Below, piece by piece: positions 41,429 through 51,233 of a stretch of 64,000 nucleotides of DNA. The notes under the pieces are model-generated. The model was not told the origin of the DNA. It did not search any database and saw only the letters and a list, made by a program, of their open reading frames with translations. The stretch covers positions 17,261 to 81,260 of the forward strand of contig JAFYVN010000010.1 in NCBI GenBank assembly GCA_017549105.1. Direction: 5' to 3'. Position 1 is the first letter of the stretch. Each line of letters starts with the position of its first letter. This DNA is from Clostridia bacterium. GTDB taxonomy: Bacteria > Bacillota > Clostridia > Oscillospirales > Acutalibacteraceae. The translations under genes were made by a program, and so were the position numbers.

Positions 41429-42379
41429 TTATTTAATAAGGTCATTTTTCTTGATGAAGTCGATTGTTTCGTCAACTGTTGTGAATGCGAGGGCAACGGT
41501 GGTGTCTGCTGCGCCGTAGTAGATAGCGATTCTGCCGCTTTCAGCATCGGCAAGAGCTGCGCAGGGGAATACAACATTGGGAACGTCGCCTACAAATTCA
41601 TAAAGCTCGTGAGGTGCGAGCAGGAAGCAATCCGCTCTGTGAAGAACCTTCCAGGGTTCGTCTTTATCGAGGATTGCAGCACCCATTGCGTATGTGAAGC
41701 CGTTGCAGCTTGTGAGAACGCCGTGGTAGAACATAAGCCAGCCTTCGTCGGTTTCAATGGGTGTGGGTCCTGCACCGACTTTTGTCATTTCCCAATTTTT
41801 TTCGGGTTTCATAACAAATCTGTGTTTGCCCCAATAGGTTAAATCCTTGCTGTGGCTGAGGAAAATATCACCGTAGGGAGTGTGTCCTCTGTCGCAGGGT
41901 CTGATAAGAAGAAGAAATTCATCGTTGACCTTTCTGGGGAAGAGCACACCGTTACGTGCAACGGGATAGCAAGCATCCTCAAGCTGGGTCCATTCCTTGA
42001 AATCGGTGGTGTATGCGATGCCGATTGTTGTGCCGTGAGGTGTAAGATTAACCCATGAAAGATAATATTTGCCGTCGATTTCGCAGAGTCTGGGGTCGTA
42101 GCCTCTGAAGATAACCTTTTCTTCAAGCTCCCAGTTGATTGCATCCTTGCTGTAACCGACAACAAGAGTATGGTCACGGCTCATAACGTCAACTCTGAAA
42201 ACGCCTGCAAAGCCGTCACCGTAGGGCACAACAGCAGAATTGAAAATACTGTTTGCCATATAAAGATTGTCACGTGTGATGATGGGGTTGCCGCTGTAAC
42301 GCCATACAGGATAGCGGTATCCTTCTGGTTTGTCCTGCCAGGGGATGTTGGGGATATTCTGTCCGATAATTTTTGCCAT
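41429..42379 (-). CDS. GH130 beta-mannoside phosphorylase (beta-1,4-mannooligosaccharide phosphorylase-like)
   Basis: IFNSAVV, YDPR, RNGVLFPRK, GHTPYGDI and GDVPNVVFPCA motifs. Confidence 0.92.
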   Translation of the reverse strand: MAKIIGQNIPNIPWQDKPEGYRYPVWRYSGNPIITRDNLYMANSIFNSAVVPYGDGFAGVFRVDVMSRDHTLVVGYSKDAINWELEEKVIFRGYDPRLCEIDGKYYLSWVNLTPHGTTIGIAYTTDFKEWTQLEDACYPVARNGVLFPRKVNDEFLLLIRPCDRGHTPYGDIFLSHSKDLTYWGKHRFVMKPEKNWEMTKVGAGPTPIETDEGWLMFYHGVLTSCNGFTYAMGAAILDKDEPWKVLHRADCFLLAPHELYEFVGDVPNVVFPCAALADAESGRIAIYYGAADTTVALAFTTVDETIDFIKKNDLIK

Positions 42380-42396
42380 AATATATCTCCTTAAAT

Positions 42397-44334
42397 TTAA
42401 TTTTTTATATGTCTGAAATCATCGACATCCTGCCATTTGACCTCAAAGCCTGCACCGTGAGAACAGAAAACGGAGGATGAGGGATTTTCAAGGTCACGTT
42501 CTTTTTCGTAGCCGATATTTTCAATTACTTTTTCAGCATTGTGGCACGGTCTGTATCCGCATTCGCGAAGTGAAACACTTCCTCTGCCGCCCGTGTATGC
42601 CGTAACTTCTTCGGGGTAATCCATAAATTCGGAAACGGGTCCGAAACCTTTGATAACTGCACGGGTTTCGGTCATTTCGGGAGGCTCGAATTCACCGCAG
42701 AGACGCTGGATATCCGCAACCGCTCTGCCGAAGCATTCGACGGGTACACGCAGAGTGAATGAGTAATACGGTTCAAGAAGAACGCTGTGCGCCTTTTCAA
42801 GACCCTGACGTATTGCTCTGTAGGTTGCTTCACGGAAGTCACCGCCTTCCGTGTGTTTGAGATGAGCTCTGCCTGCAGTGAGAATAATGTTGACATCCGT
42901 CAGAGGTGAACCCGTGAGAATACCGATATGTTCTTTTTCGAGAATATGAGTGAGAATCAGATTCTGATAATTTGAATCGAGAAAATCAAGACTGCATTCG
43001 CTTTTTGCGGTGATTCCGCTGCCTCTTTCGGCAGGTTCAATGCGAAGCTGGGTTTCCGCATAATGGCGTAGCGGTTCGTAATGACCGTAACCCATAACTG
43101 GAGATTCGATTGTTTCTTTATAAAGAATGGTGCAACTGCCAAAGCCGATGTCGATACCGAAACGGTCTCTCACAAGGGATTTGAGAATTTCAAGCTGAAT
43201 TTTGCCCATGACGCTTATCTGAATCTGCTCTTGCTTTGCATATAAAACGGTTCTGACCGAAAGTTCGGGCATTTCTTCTGAAAGGATGCGGAGTTTTCGC
43301 ACAGCGGTGTGGATGTCCGTGCCGTCAAGAATTTCAACCTTTGCCGAAAGCAGAGGACGGAGCTTGGGCGATTTGTTGACGATTGTTCCGTCAGAGCCGA
43401 TAATGTCACCCGGTGAGGTTTGTGAAAGACCCGAAACCGCGCAGACACCGCCTGCTGTCACTTCGGAAATGCTTTCGGTTTTTTCGCCCGAGAAAATCTG
43501 GATGGTGTCGATTTTTTCATCGCCGAGAGGCATTTTGACAGTGAGTTTTCCTCCCGTTATTTTGAGAAAACTGAGTCTGTTGCCCTTTGAATCATGAAGG
43601 ATTTTATAGACTTTTGCAGAAAAATCATCGGGATATTTTTTGGGAAGAGAAAACTTTTCTGTTATATCGAGAAGGCGGTCAACACCGTCGCCTTTGAGCG
43701 CGGAACCGAAAACACACGGAAAGATTTCTCTTTTGATTATTGCGTCGGCAATTTCGCTGATGAGTGAATTTTCATCAGTTTTACCTTCGAGACACGCTTC
43801 AAGAATTCCTTCGCTGAACATCGAGATATCTTCAGTCTGCGATTCTCCGAGAGGTTCGGTGAAATCGGTGCAACCTTCGGAGAGAATGCTCTTCAGTTCG
43901 GAAATAATGTTTGTTTTATCAAAACCGTCACGGTCCGATTTATTGACGAAGATGAAAACGGGAATGCCGTATTCTTTGAGAAGATGCCATATTGTTTCGG
44001 TGTGGCTCTGCACTCCGCTTATGCCATCAATGACGAGCACAGCATAGTCGAGAACTCCGAGCGTACGCTCCATTTCTGCTGAAAAATCAATGTGACCCGG
44101 GGTATCTACAAGAGTGAAATGTTTTTCACCGAGGGTGAACGGATTCTGCTTTGAAAAAATCGTTATTCCACGGCTTCTCTCAAGCTCGTGAGAGTCGAAC
44201 CAGGAATCTTTTTTGTCAACACGACCAAGCCGACGGATAGCTCCTGCTTTGAATAGCACGGCTTCGGTCAGCGTGGTTTTGCCTGCATCAACGTGGGCAA
44301 GAATACCTATCGTGTTTTCTTTTGCGCAAATCAT
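42397..44334 (-). CDS. EF-G/TetM-superfamily translational GTPase
   Basis: AHVDAGKTT, RGITI, DTPGH, NKSD, GHYEPLRHYAE and HLKHTEGGDFREAT motifs. Confidence 0.85.
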   Translation of the reverse strand: MICAKENTIGILAHVDAGKTTLTEAVLFKAGAIRRLGRVDKKDSWFDSHELERSRGITIFSKQNPFTLGEKHFTLVDTPGHIDFSAEMERTLGVLDYAVLVIDGISGVQSHTETIWHLLKEYGIPVFIFVNKSDRDGFDKTNIISELKSILSEGCTDFTEPLGESQTEDISMFSEGILEACLEGKTDENSLISEIADAIIKREIFPCVFGSALKGDGVDRLLDITEKFSLPKKYPDDFSAKVYKILHDSKGNRLSFLKITGGKLTVKMPLGDEKIDTIQIFSGEKTESISEVTAGGVCAVSGLSQTSPGDIIGSDGTIVNKSPKLRPLLSAKVEILDGTDIHTAVRKLRILSEEMPELSVRTVLYAKQEQIQISVMGKIQLEILKSLVRDRFGIDIGFGSCTILYKETIESPVMGYGHYEPLRHYAETQLRIEPAERGSGITAKSECSLDFLDSNYQNLILTHILEKEHIGILTGSPLTDVNIILTAGRAHLKHTEGGDFREATYRAIRQGLEKAHSVLLEPYYSFTLRVPVECFGRAVADIQRLCGEFEPPEMTETRAVIKGFGPVSEFMDYPEEVTAYTGGRGSVSLRECGYRPCHNAEKVIENIGYEKERDLENPSSSVFCSHGAGFEVKWQDVDDFRHIKN

Positions 44335-44433
44335 GGTGATATTATATCAAAACTGAATTTATATATCAATAGTTAAAGGGATAAAAAACATCCGCAGACA
44401 CATTACTGCATCTGCGGATAAAACGGTTATTGT

Positions 44434-45612
44434 TTATTTACCGAACATCATAAGCAGGAAGCCTGCGGCAACTGCCGAGCCGATAACGCCTGCAACGTTG
44501 GGACCCATAGCGTGCATAAGAAGGAAGTTTGTAGGATTGTACTTTCTGCCTTCAACCTGTGAAACACGTGCTGCCATGGGAACTGCGGAAACACCTGCCG
44601 AACCGATAAGGGGGTTGATTTTTCCACCGGTAATGAGGTAAAGAAGCTTTCCGAAAAGAAGTCCGCCGATGGTTGAGAAACAGAAAGCGGCAAGACCGAG
44701 GAAAACAATCTTGATTGTGCTCAGCTTGAGGAATTCTGTGCCGTTGGTGGTTGCACCTACAGTTACACCGAGCATAATGGTTACGATATTGGTGAGTGCA
44801 TTCTGAGCGGTGTCGCTGAGTCTGTCGGTAACTCCGCAAACCTTAAGAAGGTTGCCGAACATAAGCATACCGATAAGTGGAGCGGCGTCGGGGATAAGGA
44901 ATGCAACAACGATGAAAACAACTACGGGGAAGATAATCTTCTCTGTCTTGCTGACTGTACGCAGCTGTTTCATTTCAACCTTTCTCTCCTTCTCTGTTGT
45001 GATAAGCTTCATAAGAGGAGGCTGAATGAGTGGGATGAGAGCCATATAGGAGTATGCAGCAAGAGCGATGGGACCAAGAAGATGACCGGCAAGCTTTGAA
45101 GCAACAAGAATAGCTGTGGGACCGTCGGCACCACCGATGATAGCGATTGAAGCTGCTTCCTGAGGAGTGAAACCAAGGAGGATAGCAACAACAAATGCGA
45201 TGTAGATACCGAGCTGTGCGGCAGCACCTAAAAGAAGGCTGACGGGGTTCGCAAGGAGCGGACCGAAGTCTGTCATTGCACCGATGCCGAGGAAGATGAG
45301 GCAGGGGAAGATTGAACTCTTGACACCCGCGTAAATCAGTCGGAGAACACCGGAGTCGTACCAATGAGCGCCTTCAACAATGTTGGAGGTATCCATAAGA
45401 CCTGTGGGGTCATCCATAAGACCTGCACCGGGCATATTTGCAAGAAGGATACCGAATGCGATGGGAACGAGCAGAAGGGGCTCAAATTTTTTAACAATTG
45501 CGAGATAAAGGAAAACTATGGAAACAAGAATCATTACCGCGTTCTGCCACTGAAGAAGAGCAAGACCCGAGCTTTCCCAGATTCCCTTTAAGATTTCAAG
45601 AATAAAATCCAT
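44434..45612 (-). CDS. oadB: Na+-translocating decarboxylase beta subunit
   Basis: FEPLLLVPI, IGGADGPT, SAVPMAARV and HAMGPNVAGVIGS motifs. Confidence 0.93.
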   Translation of the reverse strand: MDFILEILKGIWESSGLALLQWQNAVMILVSIVFLYLAIVKKFEPLLLVPIAFGILLANMPGAGLMDDPTGLMDTSNIVEGAHWYDSGVLRLIYAGVKSSIFPCLIFLGIGAMTDFGPLLANPVSLLLGAAAQLGIYIAFVVAILLGFTPQEAASIAIIGGADGPTAILVASKLAGHLLGPIALAAYSYMALIPLIQPPLMKLITTEKERKVEMKQLRTVSKTEKIIFPVVVFIVVAFLIPDAAPLIGMLMFGNLLKVCGVTDRLSDTAQNALTNIVTIMLGVTVGATTNGTEFLKLSTIKIVFLGLAAFCFSTIGGLLFGKLLYLITGGKINPLIGSAGVSAVPMAARVSQVEGRKYNPTNFLLMHAMGPNVAGVIGSAVAAGFLLMMFGK

Positions 45613-45623
45613 GGGCGATCACC

Positions 45624-46031
45624 TTAGCCGATAACAGCAAGAACAGCATCGGTTTCAACTGTTGAACCCTTTGAAACGAGAACCTGCTTAACTGTACCTG
45701 CGCAGGGAGCAACGATTTCGTTTTCCATCTTCATTGCTTCGAGAATCATAAGAACATCGCCTGCGTTTACTGTTGAGCCTGCAGCTGTGTTAACAGCGAG
45801 GATTGTGCCGGGCATGGGAGCAGTGATGTTTGTGCCGCCTGCAACGGGAGCAGCGGGTGCTGCAGGAGCGGGCGCTGCCTCGGGAGCTGCTGCAGGTGCT
45901 GCAACGGGAGCTGCAACAGGAGCAACGGGAGCTGCTGCAACGGGTGCATCTGTAACATTCATAATAACTGCCTGGGTTTCTTCAACCTCTACTTCGTATG
46001 CTTTGCCGTTAAGATTTACAACGTATTTCAT
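45624..46031 (-). CDS. Biotin carboxyl carrier subunit
   Basis: Ala/Pro linker followed by EAMKMENE. Confidence 0.93.
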   Translation of the reverse strand: MKYVVNLNGKAYEVEVEETQAVIMNVTDAPVAAAPVAPVAAPVAAPAAAPEAAPAPAAPAAPVAGGTNITAPMPGTILAVNTAAGSTVNAGDVLMILEAMKMENEIVAPCAGTVKQVLVSKGSTVETDAVLAVIG

Positions 46032-46035
46032 ATAA

Positions 46036-46524
46036 TTATTCCTCCACTTTTTTGATTGATTTGAAGCTGAGTCTGTTAAGCGGAATACCGCTTTCCTGAC
46101 TTACTATTGCCATAATTGTTGCCGCAGTTCTTTCGTCAACGTCAACAAGCTCTGTTTTACCCTTGATTGATCTGAACATAAGTCTTTCGAGGGGAATGCC
46201 GGTTTCTTTGCTTACGAGAGCCATAACAACTGCCGCTGTGGGTTCGTCAACGTCAACAAGCTGAACACAGTTTGCGGGGATGTAAGCAACGGGTGCGGGT
46301 GCTGCTGCGGGAGCAGGAGCGGGAACGGCTGCGGGTGCGTTTGCAACGGAATCGGAAGATTCGGAATCGTTTTTTACGAGCTTTCCTTCGATTGATCTCA
46401 ATATTTTTGAAAGACCGAGAATGAGAATGGTGATGAGGGCGAGCTCAAACATAACAACTAAAATGCCTGCAACCGCAACAAGAAGGGTTTCTGACATAGT
46501 CAGTGTGATTTTATCTGCAAACAT
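46036..46524 (-). CDS. OadG-family (gamma/delta) subunit with duplicated C-terminal domain
   Basis: N-terminal TM, Ala/Pro linker, two LVDVDExTAA...GIPLxRLxFxSIK repeats; operon position. Confidence 0.75.
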   Translation of the reverse strand: MFADKITLTMSETLLVAVAGILVVMFELALITILILGLSKILRSIEGKLVKNDSESSDSVANAPAAVPAPAPAAAPAPVAYIPANCVQLVDVDEPTAAVVMALVSKETGIPLERLMFRSIKGKTELVDVDERTAATIMAIVSQESGIPLNRLSFKSIKKVEE

Positions 46525-46535
46525 AATTAATAACC

Positions 46536-47915
46536 TCAGTCAATTCTCTTGATTGTGTAGCTGAATGTGTTCTTTCTGTTGGCTTCACGCTTCTCAAAGA
46601 AAGCTTCTGCCTGTGCGGGGAATGCGATGTAAGAAAGAACGTCTTCTTCACAGGTTGCCTTGTCGCCAAGATAAGCCTTTGCTTCTTCCATACCGGGTGC
46701 GAGAGTATCAGCAAATCTGCCGGTGAAGGGTTTTTCGTCGCCGATAACGAGCTTCTGAAGATCTTCACTTACCTTGCCGGGAGCCTGACCGTATTCACCC
46801 TTGATGTAGCTCTTAACTTCCTTGGAGATGTTCTTGTATCTTTCGCCTGCAAGAACGTTTGCAGTAGCCTGAACACCGACCATCTGGCTCATAGGAGTTA
46901 CGAGGGGAGGATAGCCGAGATCTTCACGTACTCTGGGAGTTTCGAGAAGAACTTCGTCGAGTTTGTCGAGTTTGTTCTGAGCTGTAAGCTGTGCAACAAG
47001 GTTTGAAAGCATACCGCCGGGAATCTGATAAATGAGAGCGTCTGTCTGAGTGCCCATAACAACGGGATTGAGAAGACCGCTTTCAAGAGCCTTTGCACGG
47101 ATGGGCTTGAAGAAATCGTTGATTTCCTTGCATACGTTTTCGTCAACGTCAACTTCGTAACCGTACTGCTTGAGAGTATAAACAAGAGTTTCGGTTGCGG
47201 GCTGTGAAGTACCGCCGGAGAAGCAGGAGATAGCTGAGTCGATAACATCTGCGCCTGCTTCAACGCACTTGAGAAGTGTCATAAAGCCGAGACCTGTTGT
47301 TGAGTGTGTATGAACAACGATGGGAACTTTTACGTTAGCCTTGAGAGCCTTAACGAGGTCATAACCCTCCTTGGGGCTCATAATGCCTGCCATATCCTTG
47401 ATGCAGATGGACTGAACTCCAAGAGCTTCGATCTCTTTTGCGAGCTTTACATAGCTTTCAAGGTTGTGGATGGGGCTGATTGTGTAGCAGATTGTGCCTG
47501 ATGCGTGAGCACCGCACTTGAGAGTTTCGTCAACTGCTACTTCGATGTTGCGTACGTCGTTGAGAGCATCGAAAATTCTGATGATGTCGATGCCGTTTTC
47601 AACGCTCTTTCTGATGAAAGCACGTACAACGTCATCGGGATAGTGCTTATAGCCGAGAAGGTTCTGACCTCTGAGAAGCATCTGAAGCTTGGTGTTGGGG
47701 CAAGCCTTTTTAATGTTGCGGAGTCTTTCCCAGGGATCTTCATTGAGGTAGCGCAGGCAGGAGTCAAATGTTGCTCCGCCCCAGCATTCAAGTGAATAGT
47801 AGCCTGCTTTGTCGAGCTTTTCAAGAACGGGCTTGAAATCCGAGAAAGGCATTCTGGTTGCGATAAGAGACTGGTTGGCGTCTCTGAGCACGGTTTCTGT
47901 GAAATTAACTTTCAT
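46536..47915 (-). CDS. oadA: Oxaloacetate decarboxylase alpha / pyruvate carboxylase B carboxyltransferase (no fused biotin domain)
   Basis: LRDANQSL, WGGATFD, IKDMAG, HTH, PGGMLSN and YPPLVTPMSQ motifs. Confidence 0.9.
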   Translation of the reverse strand: MKVNFTETVLRDANQSLIATRMPFSDFKPVLEKLDKAGYYSLECWGGATFDSCLRYLNEDPWERLRNIKKACPNTKLQMLLRGQNLLGYKHYPDDVVRAFIRKSVENGIDIIRIFDALNDVRNIEVAVDETLKCGAHASGTICYTISPIHNLESYVKLAKEIEALGVQSICIKDMAGIMSPKEGYDLVKALKANVKVPIVVHTHSTTGLGFMTLLKCVEAGADVIDSAISCFSGGTSQPATETLVYTLKQYGYEVDVDENVCKEINDFFKPIRAKALESGLLNPVVMGTQTDALIYQIPGGMLSNLVAQLTAQNKLDKLDEVLLETPRVREDLGYPPLVTPMSQMVGVQATANVLAGERYKNISKEVKSYIKGEYGQAPGKVSEDLQKLVIGDEKPFTGRFADTLAPGMEEAKAYLGDKATCEEDVLSYIAFPAQAEAFFEKREANRKNTFSYTIKRID

Positions 47916-47961
47916 AATTCGCCGGGTTCCTTTCTATAATAATGAATATTTTTGCCAAAAA

Positions 47962-49344
47962 TCAAAATTCAATGCGTGAAGCGATGTAATCTTCGAGAGC
48001 ATCGATTGAAATTCTTTCCTGCTGCATTGTGTCACGGTCACGGACTGTAACGCAATTGTCTTCGAGCGAATCAAAGTCGAAGGTAATGCAGATGGGGGTA
48101 CCGATTTCGTCTTCACGGCGGTAACGCTTACCGATTGAGCCTGTTTCGTCGAAATCAATCATAAACTTCTTCTGAAGCTTTTCGTAAACCTTGAGAGCAT
48201 CGGGTGAAAGCTTCTTTGAGAGGGGAAGAACAGCTGCCTTGAAGGGAGCAACTGCGGGGCTGAGGTGGAGAACAACTCTTGTGTCGTTCTTTTCAGCGTC
48301 GATAACTTCTTCATCGTATGCTTCGCAGAGAAGAGCGAGAACTGTTCTGTCGAGACCGTAGGTTGATTCGATGATGAAGGGGATGAACTTTTCGTTTGTT
48401 TCGGGGTCAAGATAATCCATTTTCTGACCGCTGTATTCCTGGTGTCTTGTGAGGTCGAAGTTGGTTCTGTTGTGGGTACCGTTGACTTCGCCCCAGCCGA
48501 AGGGGAAGAGGAACTCGATGTCGCAGGCTGCCTTTGCGTAGTGAGCGAGCTTTTCGTGGTCGTGGAAACGGAGATTCTCTGCCTTGATGCCGAGGTCCTG
48601 ATAATACTTCATACCGTATTCCTTGAAGTAATCGTAAAGGTCGCTGTCTGTGCCTTCCTTGCAGAATGTCTGGAACTCCATCTGCTCAAACTCGATTGTT
48701 CTGAATGTGAAGTTACCGGGAGTGATTTCGTTTCTGAAAGCCTTACCGATCTGACCGATGCTGAAGGGAAGCTTTGCTCTCATTGTTCTCTGAACGTTGA
48801 GGTAGTTAACATATTCACCCTGAGCATTTTCGGGACGGAGATAGATAACGTTCTTGCTGTCGTTGGTAACGCCTCTGAATGTCTGGAACATAAGGTTGAA
48901 TTCTCTGATATCGGTGAAGTCGTGCTTGCCGCAGTGGGGGCAGGGGATTGAGTTAGCCTTGATGTACTCAAACATTTCCTCTTTTGTCATACCGTCTGCG
49001 TGTGCATCGGGGTTGAAGTCGTCGATAAGGTTGTCTGCTCTGTGACGCTTCTTGCATTCCTTACAGTCAAGAAGGGGGTCGGAGAAGCTTGCAACGTGGC
49101 CGCTTGCTTCCCATACTCTGGGATGCATAAGGATATCTGCGTCAACCTCGTAGCTGTTCTTTCTTTCCTGGATGAATCTCTTTCTCCAGGTGTCCTTAAC
49201 GTTGTTTTTCATTCTTGCGCCGAGGGGGCCGTAGTCCCAGGTGTTTGCAAGACCGCCGTAGATTTCGCTGCCTGCGAAGATGAAGCCTCTGCCTTTGCAG
49301 AGAGCAACGATTTTTTCCATTGTTTTGTCTGTGTTTTTCATCAT
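47962..49344 (-). CDS. glyQS: Glycine--tRNA ligase (alpha2 type)
   Basis: WDYGPLG, YLRPENAQG, FRNEITPGNF and SIGKRYRREDEIGTP motifs. Confidence 0.95.
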   Translation of the reverse strand: MMKNTDKTMEKIVALCKGRGFIFAGSEIYGGLANTWDYGPLGARMKNNVKDTWRKRFIQERKNSYEVDADILMHPRVWEASGHVASFSDPLLDCKECKKRHRADNLIDDFNPDAHADGMTKEEMFEYIKANSIPCPHCGKHDFTDIREFNLMFQTFRGVTNDSKNVIYLRPENAQGEYVNYLNVQRTMRAKLPFSIGQIGKAFRNEITPGNFTFRTIEFEQMEFQTFCKEGTDSDLYDYFKEYGMKYYQDLGIKAENLRFHDHEKLAHYAKAACDIEFLFPFGWGEVNGTHNRTNFDLTRHQEYSGQKMDYLDPETNEKFIPFIIESTYGLDRTVLALLCEAYDEEVIDAEKNDTRVVLHLSPAVAPFKAAVLPLSKKLSPDALKVYEKLQKKFMIDFDETGSIGKRYRREDEIGTPICITFDFDSLEDNCVTVRDRDTMQQERISIDALEDYIASRIEF

Positions 49345-49590
49345 ATCCAAAACTCCCGCCATTATAAATTTTTACTCTGTTATCATACCCTAAAATCACC
49401 GTTAAAGTCAATGATTTCCGCAACTAAAAAAGACCGCACAAAGCGGCCTTTTTTGGTGAAATGTTATATATTATATACATTTATATCGATAAAAAGTTGC
49501 GATTATCTCTCCGACTTCATTTGTCCGTCATCAGAAAGAAGATTGATAGATTGTTATTATTACTCTGTTTATTCTGATTTTAACATAAAA

Positions 49591-49616
49591 AGGGACGACA
49601 CTGAGGTCGTCCCTAC
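49591..49616 (-). repeat. GTAG-type REP palindrome
   Basis: Minus strand GTAGGGACGAC-ctcagt-GTCGTCCCT. Confidence 0.65.
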
Positions 49617-49643
49617 GGGTTTGCAATAATTTGGTAATATTTT

Positions 49644-51008
49644 TTAAAGCAAAAATGCCTTTGCAAGTCCGAAATAAATAACGAGGGTTACGATGTCAAC
49701 AAGGGTTGCAATCATCGGGCCTGCCATAAGTGCGGGGTCGAGCTTGACTATCTTTGCAAAAATCGGGAGCGAACATCCGATGAGCTTTGCAACAACAATC
49801 GCACAGAACATCGCAAGAGATACAACGAGGAAAACTTCAAGAGTACCTTCGCTGAAAAGATACATTCGCAGAATGTTTGCTGCGCCGAGAACAAGTCCGC
49901 AGATTGATGCGACACGCAGTTCTTTCCACACAATTTTGAGATAATCCTTGATTTCGATTTCACCAACCGCAAGACCGCGGATGATAAGGGTTGAAACCTG
50001 GCTGCCTGCGTTACCGCCCGTACCCATCAGCATAGGCATTGATGCGGTCAGAGCAACAAAGCCTGCAAGAAGGGTTTCGTAGCCTTCAATGATTTTGCCC
50101 GTGAAGGTGCCCGAAATCATAAGGATGAGAAGCCAGAGAATTCTGTTTCGTGCGAGTTTGAAGATGCCTGTTTTGAGATATTCATCGTCAGACGGAGCAA
50201 GCAAAGCCATTTTCTCGAAGTCTTCGGTAACCTCTTCTTCGATAACGTCAACGATATCGTCAACCGTGATGATACCGACAAGACGCTTTTCGTTATCGAC
50301 AACGGGTACGCTCAGAAGGTCGTACTTTTTAACAATATCAACAACATATTCACGGTCATCGAGAGTGTTGACCGAAATGAGCTGTGCGTCATCTTCCATA
50401 ATGTCGCCCACAAGTGCGTTTTCGTCGCAGAGAAGAAGTGAGAGAAGAGGAACGCTTCCGAGAAGATGATGCTCACGGTCGATGCAGTAGCAGGTGTAGA
50501 CGGTTTCTTTGTCTACGCCTGTTTTTCTTATTTTTTCAATCGCCTGTGCAGCGGTGAGGCTTGTCTGAAGATGAACCATCTCAATGGTCATCAGACTGCC
50601 TGCACAGTCTTCTGGGTATTTAAGAAAACGGTTGATGAGCTTTCGGGTTTCGGGGTCGGAGTGGGCAAGCACTCTGGTAACAACATTTGCCGGAACTTCT
50701 TCAAGAAAGTCAACCGTATCGTCAAGAAACATTTCGTCAAGCAGTCGTTCAAGCTCGGCATCGGTTATCATTCGGACGATATCCGCCTGAGTATCGGGTT
50801 CAAGATAAGAAAAAACTTCAGCCGAAATATCTTTGGGCAGAACACGGAAAACAGTAAGCCTGTTTTTGTCGGCAAGTTCTTCCATAATCTGCGCCGTGTC
50901 AACAACGTTCAGTTCGGTGAGAATTTCACGGAGAAATGAAATTTCGCCTTTTGAAATATGCTGTTCAATCTGCTCGATGAGAGTTTCGTAAATTTCGTTT
51001 ATTTCCAT
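49644..51008 (-). CDS. mgtE: Magnesium transporter MgtE
   Basis: N-domain, CBS pair (YPEDCAGSLMT, GIITVDD), GGNAGSQ and DPALMAGP...LVD motifs; ATG 51008 behind AAGGAG. Confidence 0.95.
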   Translation of the reverse strand: MEINEIYETLIEQIEQHISKGEISFLREILTELNVVDTAQIMEELADKNRLTVFRVLPKDISAEVFSYLEPDTQADIVRMITDAELERLLDEMFLDDTVDFLEEVPANVVTRVLAHSDPETRKLINRFLKYPEDCAGSLMTIEMVHLQTSLTAAQAIEKIRKTGVDKETVYTCYCIDREHHLLGSVPLLSLLLCDENALVGDIMEDDAQLISVNTLDDREYVVDIVKKYDLLSVPVVDNEKRLVGIITVDDIVDVIEEEVTEDFEKMALLAPSDDEYLKTGIFKLARNRILWLLILMISGTFTGKIIEGYETLLAGFVALTASMPMLMGTGGNAGSQVSTLIIRGLAVGEIEIKDYLKIVWKELRVASICGLVLGAANILRMYLFSEGTLEVFLVVSLAMFCAIVVAKLIGCSLPIFAKIVKLDPALMAGPMIATLVDIVTLVIYFGLAKAFLL

Positions 51009-51049
51009 AAAAAAGCATCTCCTTGTGCGAATTACCGCAAAGGGGATGC
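51009..51049 (-). promoter_or_regulatory. RBS-sequestering/terminator hairpin in the mgtE leader
   Basis: Minus strand GCATCCCCTTTGCG-gtaatt-CGCACAAGGAGATGC-TTTTTT-ATG. The stem buries AAGGAG. Confidence 0.75.
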
Positions 51050-51083
51050 CAAAAGTCAATATAAGCGATTTGGTTGAGGCAAA

Positions 51084-51164
51084 TCACTCTCGGCACAGCT
51101 CCGTCGATGCGGCGTAAATTTCTGAACTTCTACTTCGGGGGTTGGGAATATCGGAACTGCCCAA
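51084..51164 (-). CDS. Putative mgtE leader peptide (26 aa)
   Basis: GAGTGGTG SD-like element 6 nt before TTG; MGSSDIPNPRSRSSEIYAASTELCRE; the stop codon lies in a hairpin. Confidence 0.55.
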   Translation of the reverse strand: MGSSDIPNPRSRSSEIYAASTELCRE

Positions 51165-51204
51165 GATTTTCACCACTCTTTTTTAAAATTTTTATGACAC
51201 ACTA

Positions 51205-51233
51205 ATTTTACACCCTAAAGCGCATCAAGTCAA
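51205..51233 (-). promoter_or_regulatory. sigma-A promoter of mgtE
   Basis: TTGACT-17 nt-TAAAAT. Confidence 0.75.

Noticed and set aside
42397-44334. Acquired tetracycline-resistance gene
   Set aside because: No mobile context, host-like sequence, and motifs of a different EF-G-like subfamily; resistance is unsupported.
49345-49590. T-box riboswitch upstream of glyQS
   Set aside because: No T-box consensus seen; a promoter-like TTGACT...TATGAT lies only about 35 nt from the start, leaving no room for one.
51009-51200. M-box (ykoK) riboswitch upstream of mgtE
   Set aside because: Expected from context, but I could not find its conserved blocks; an Rfam scan would settle it.
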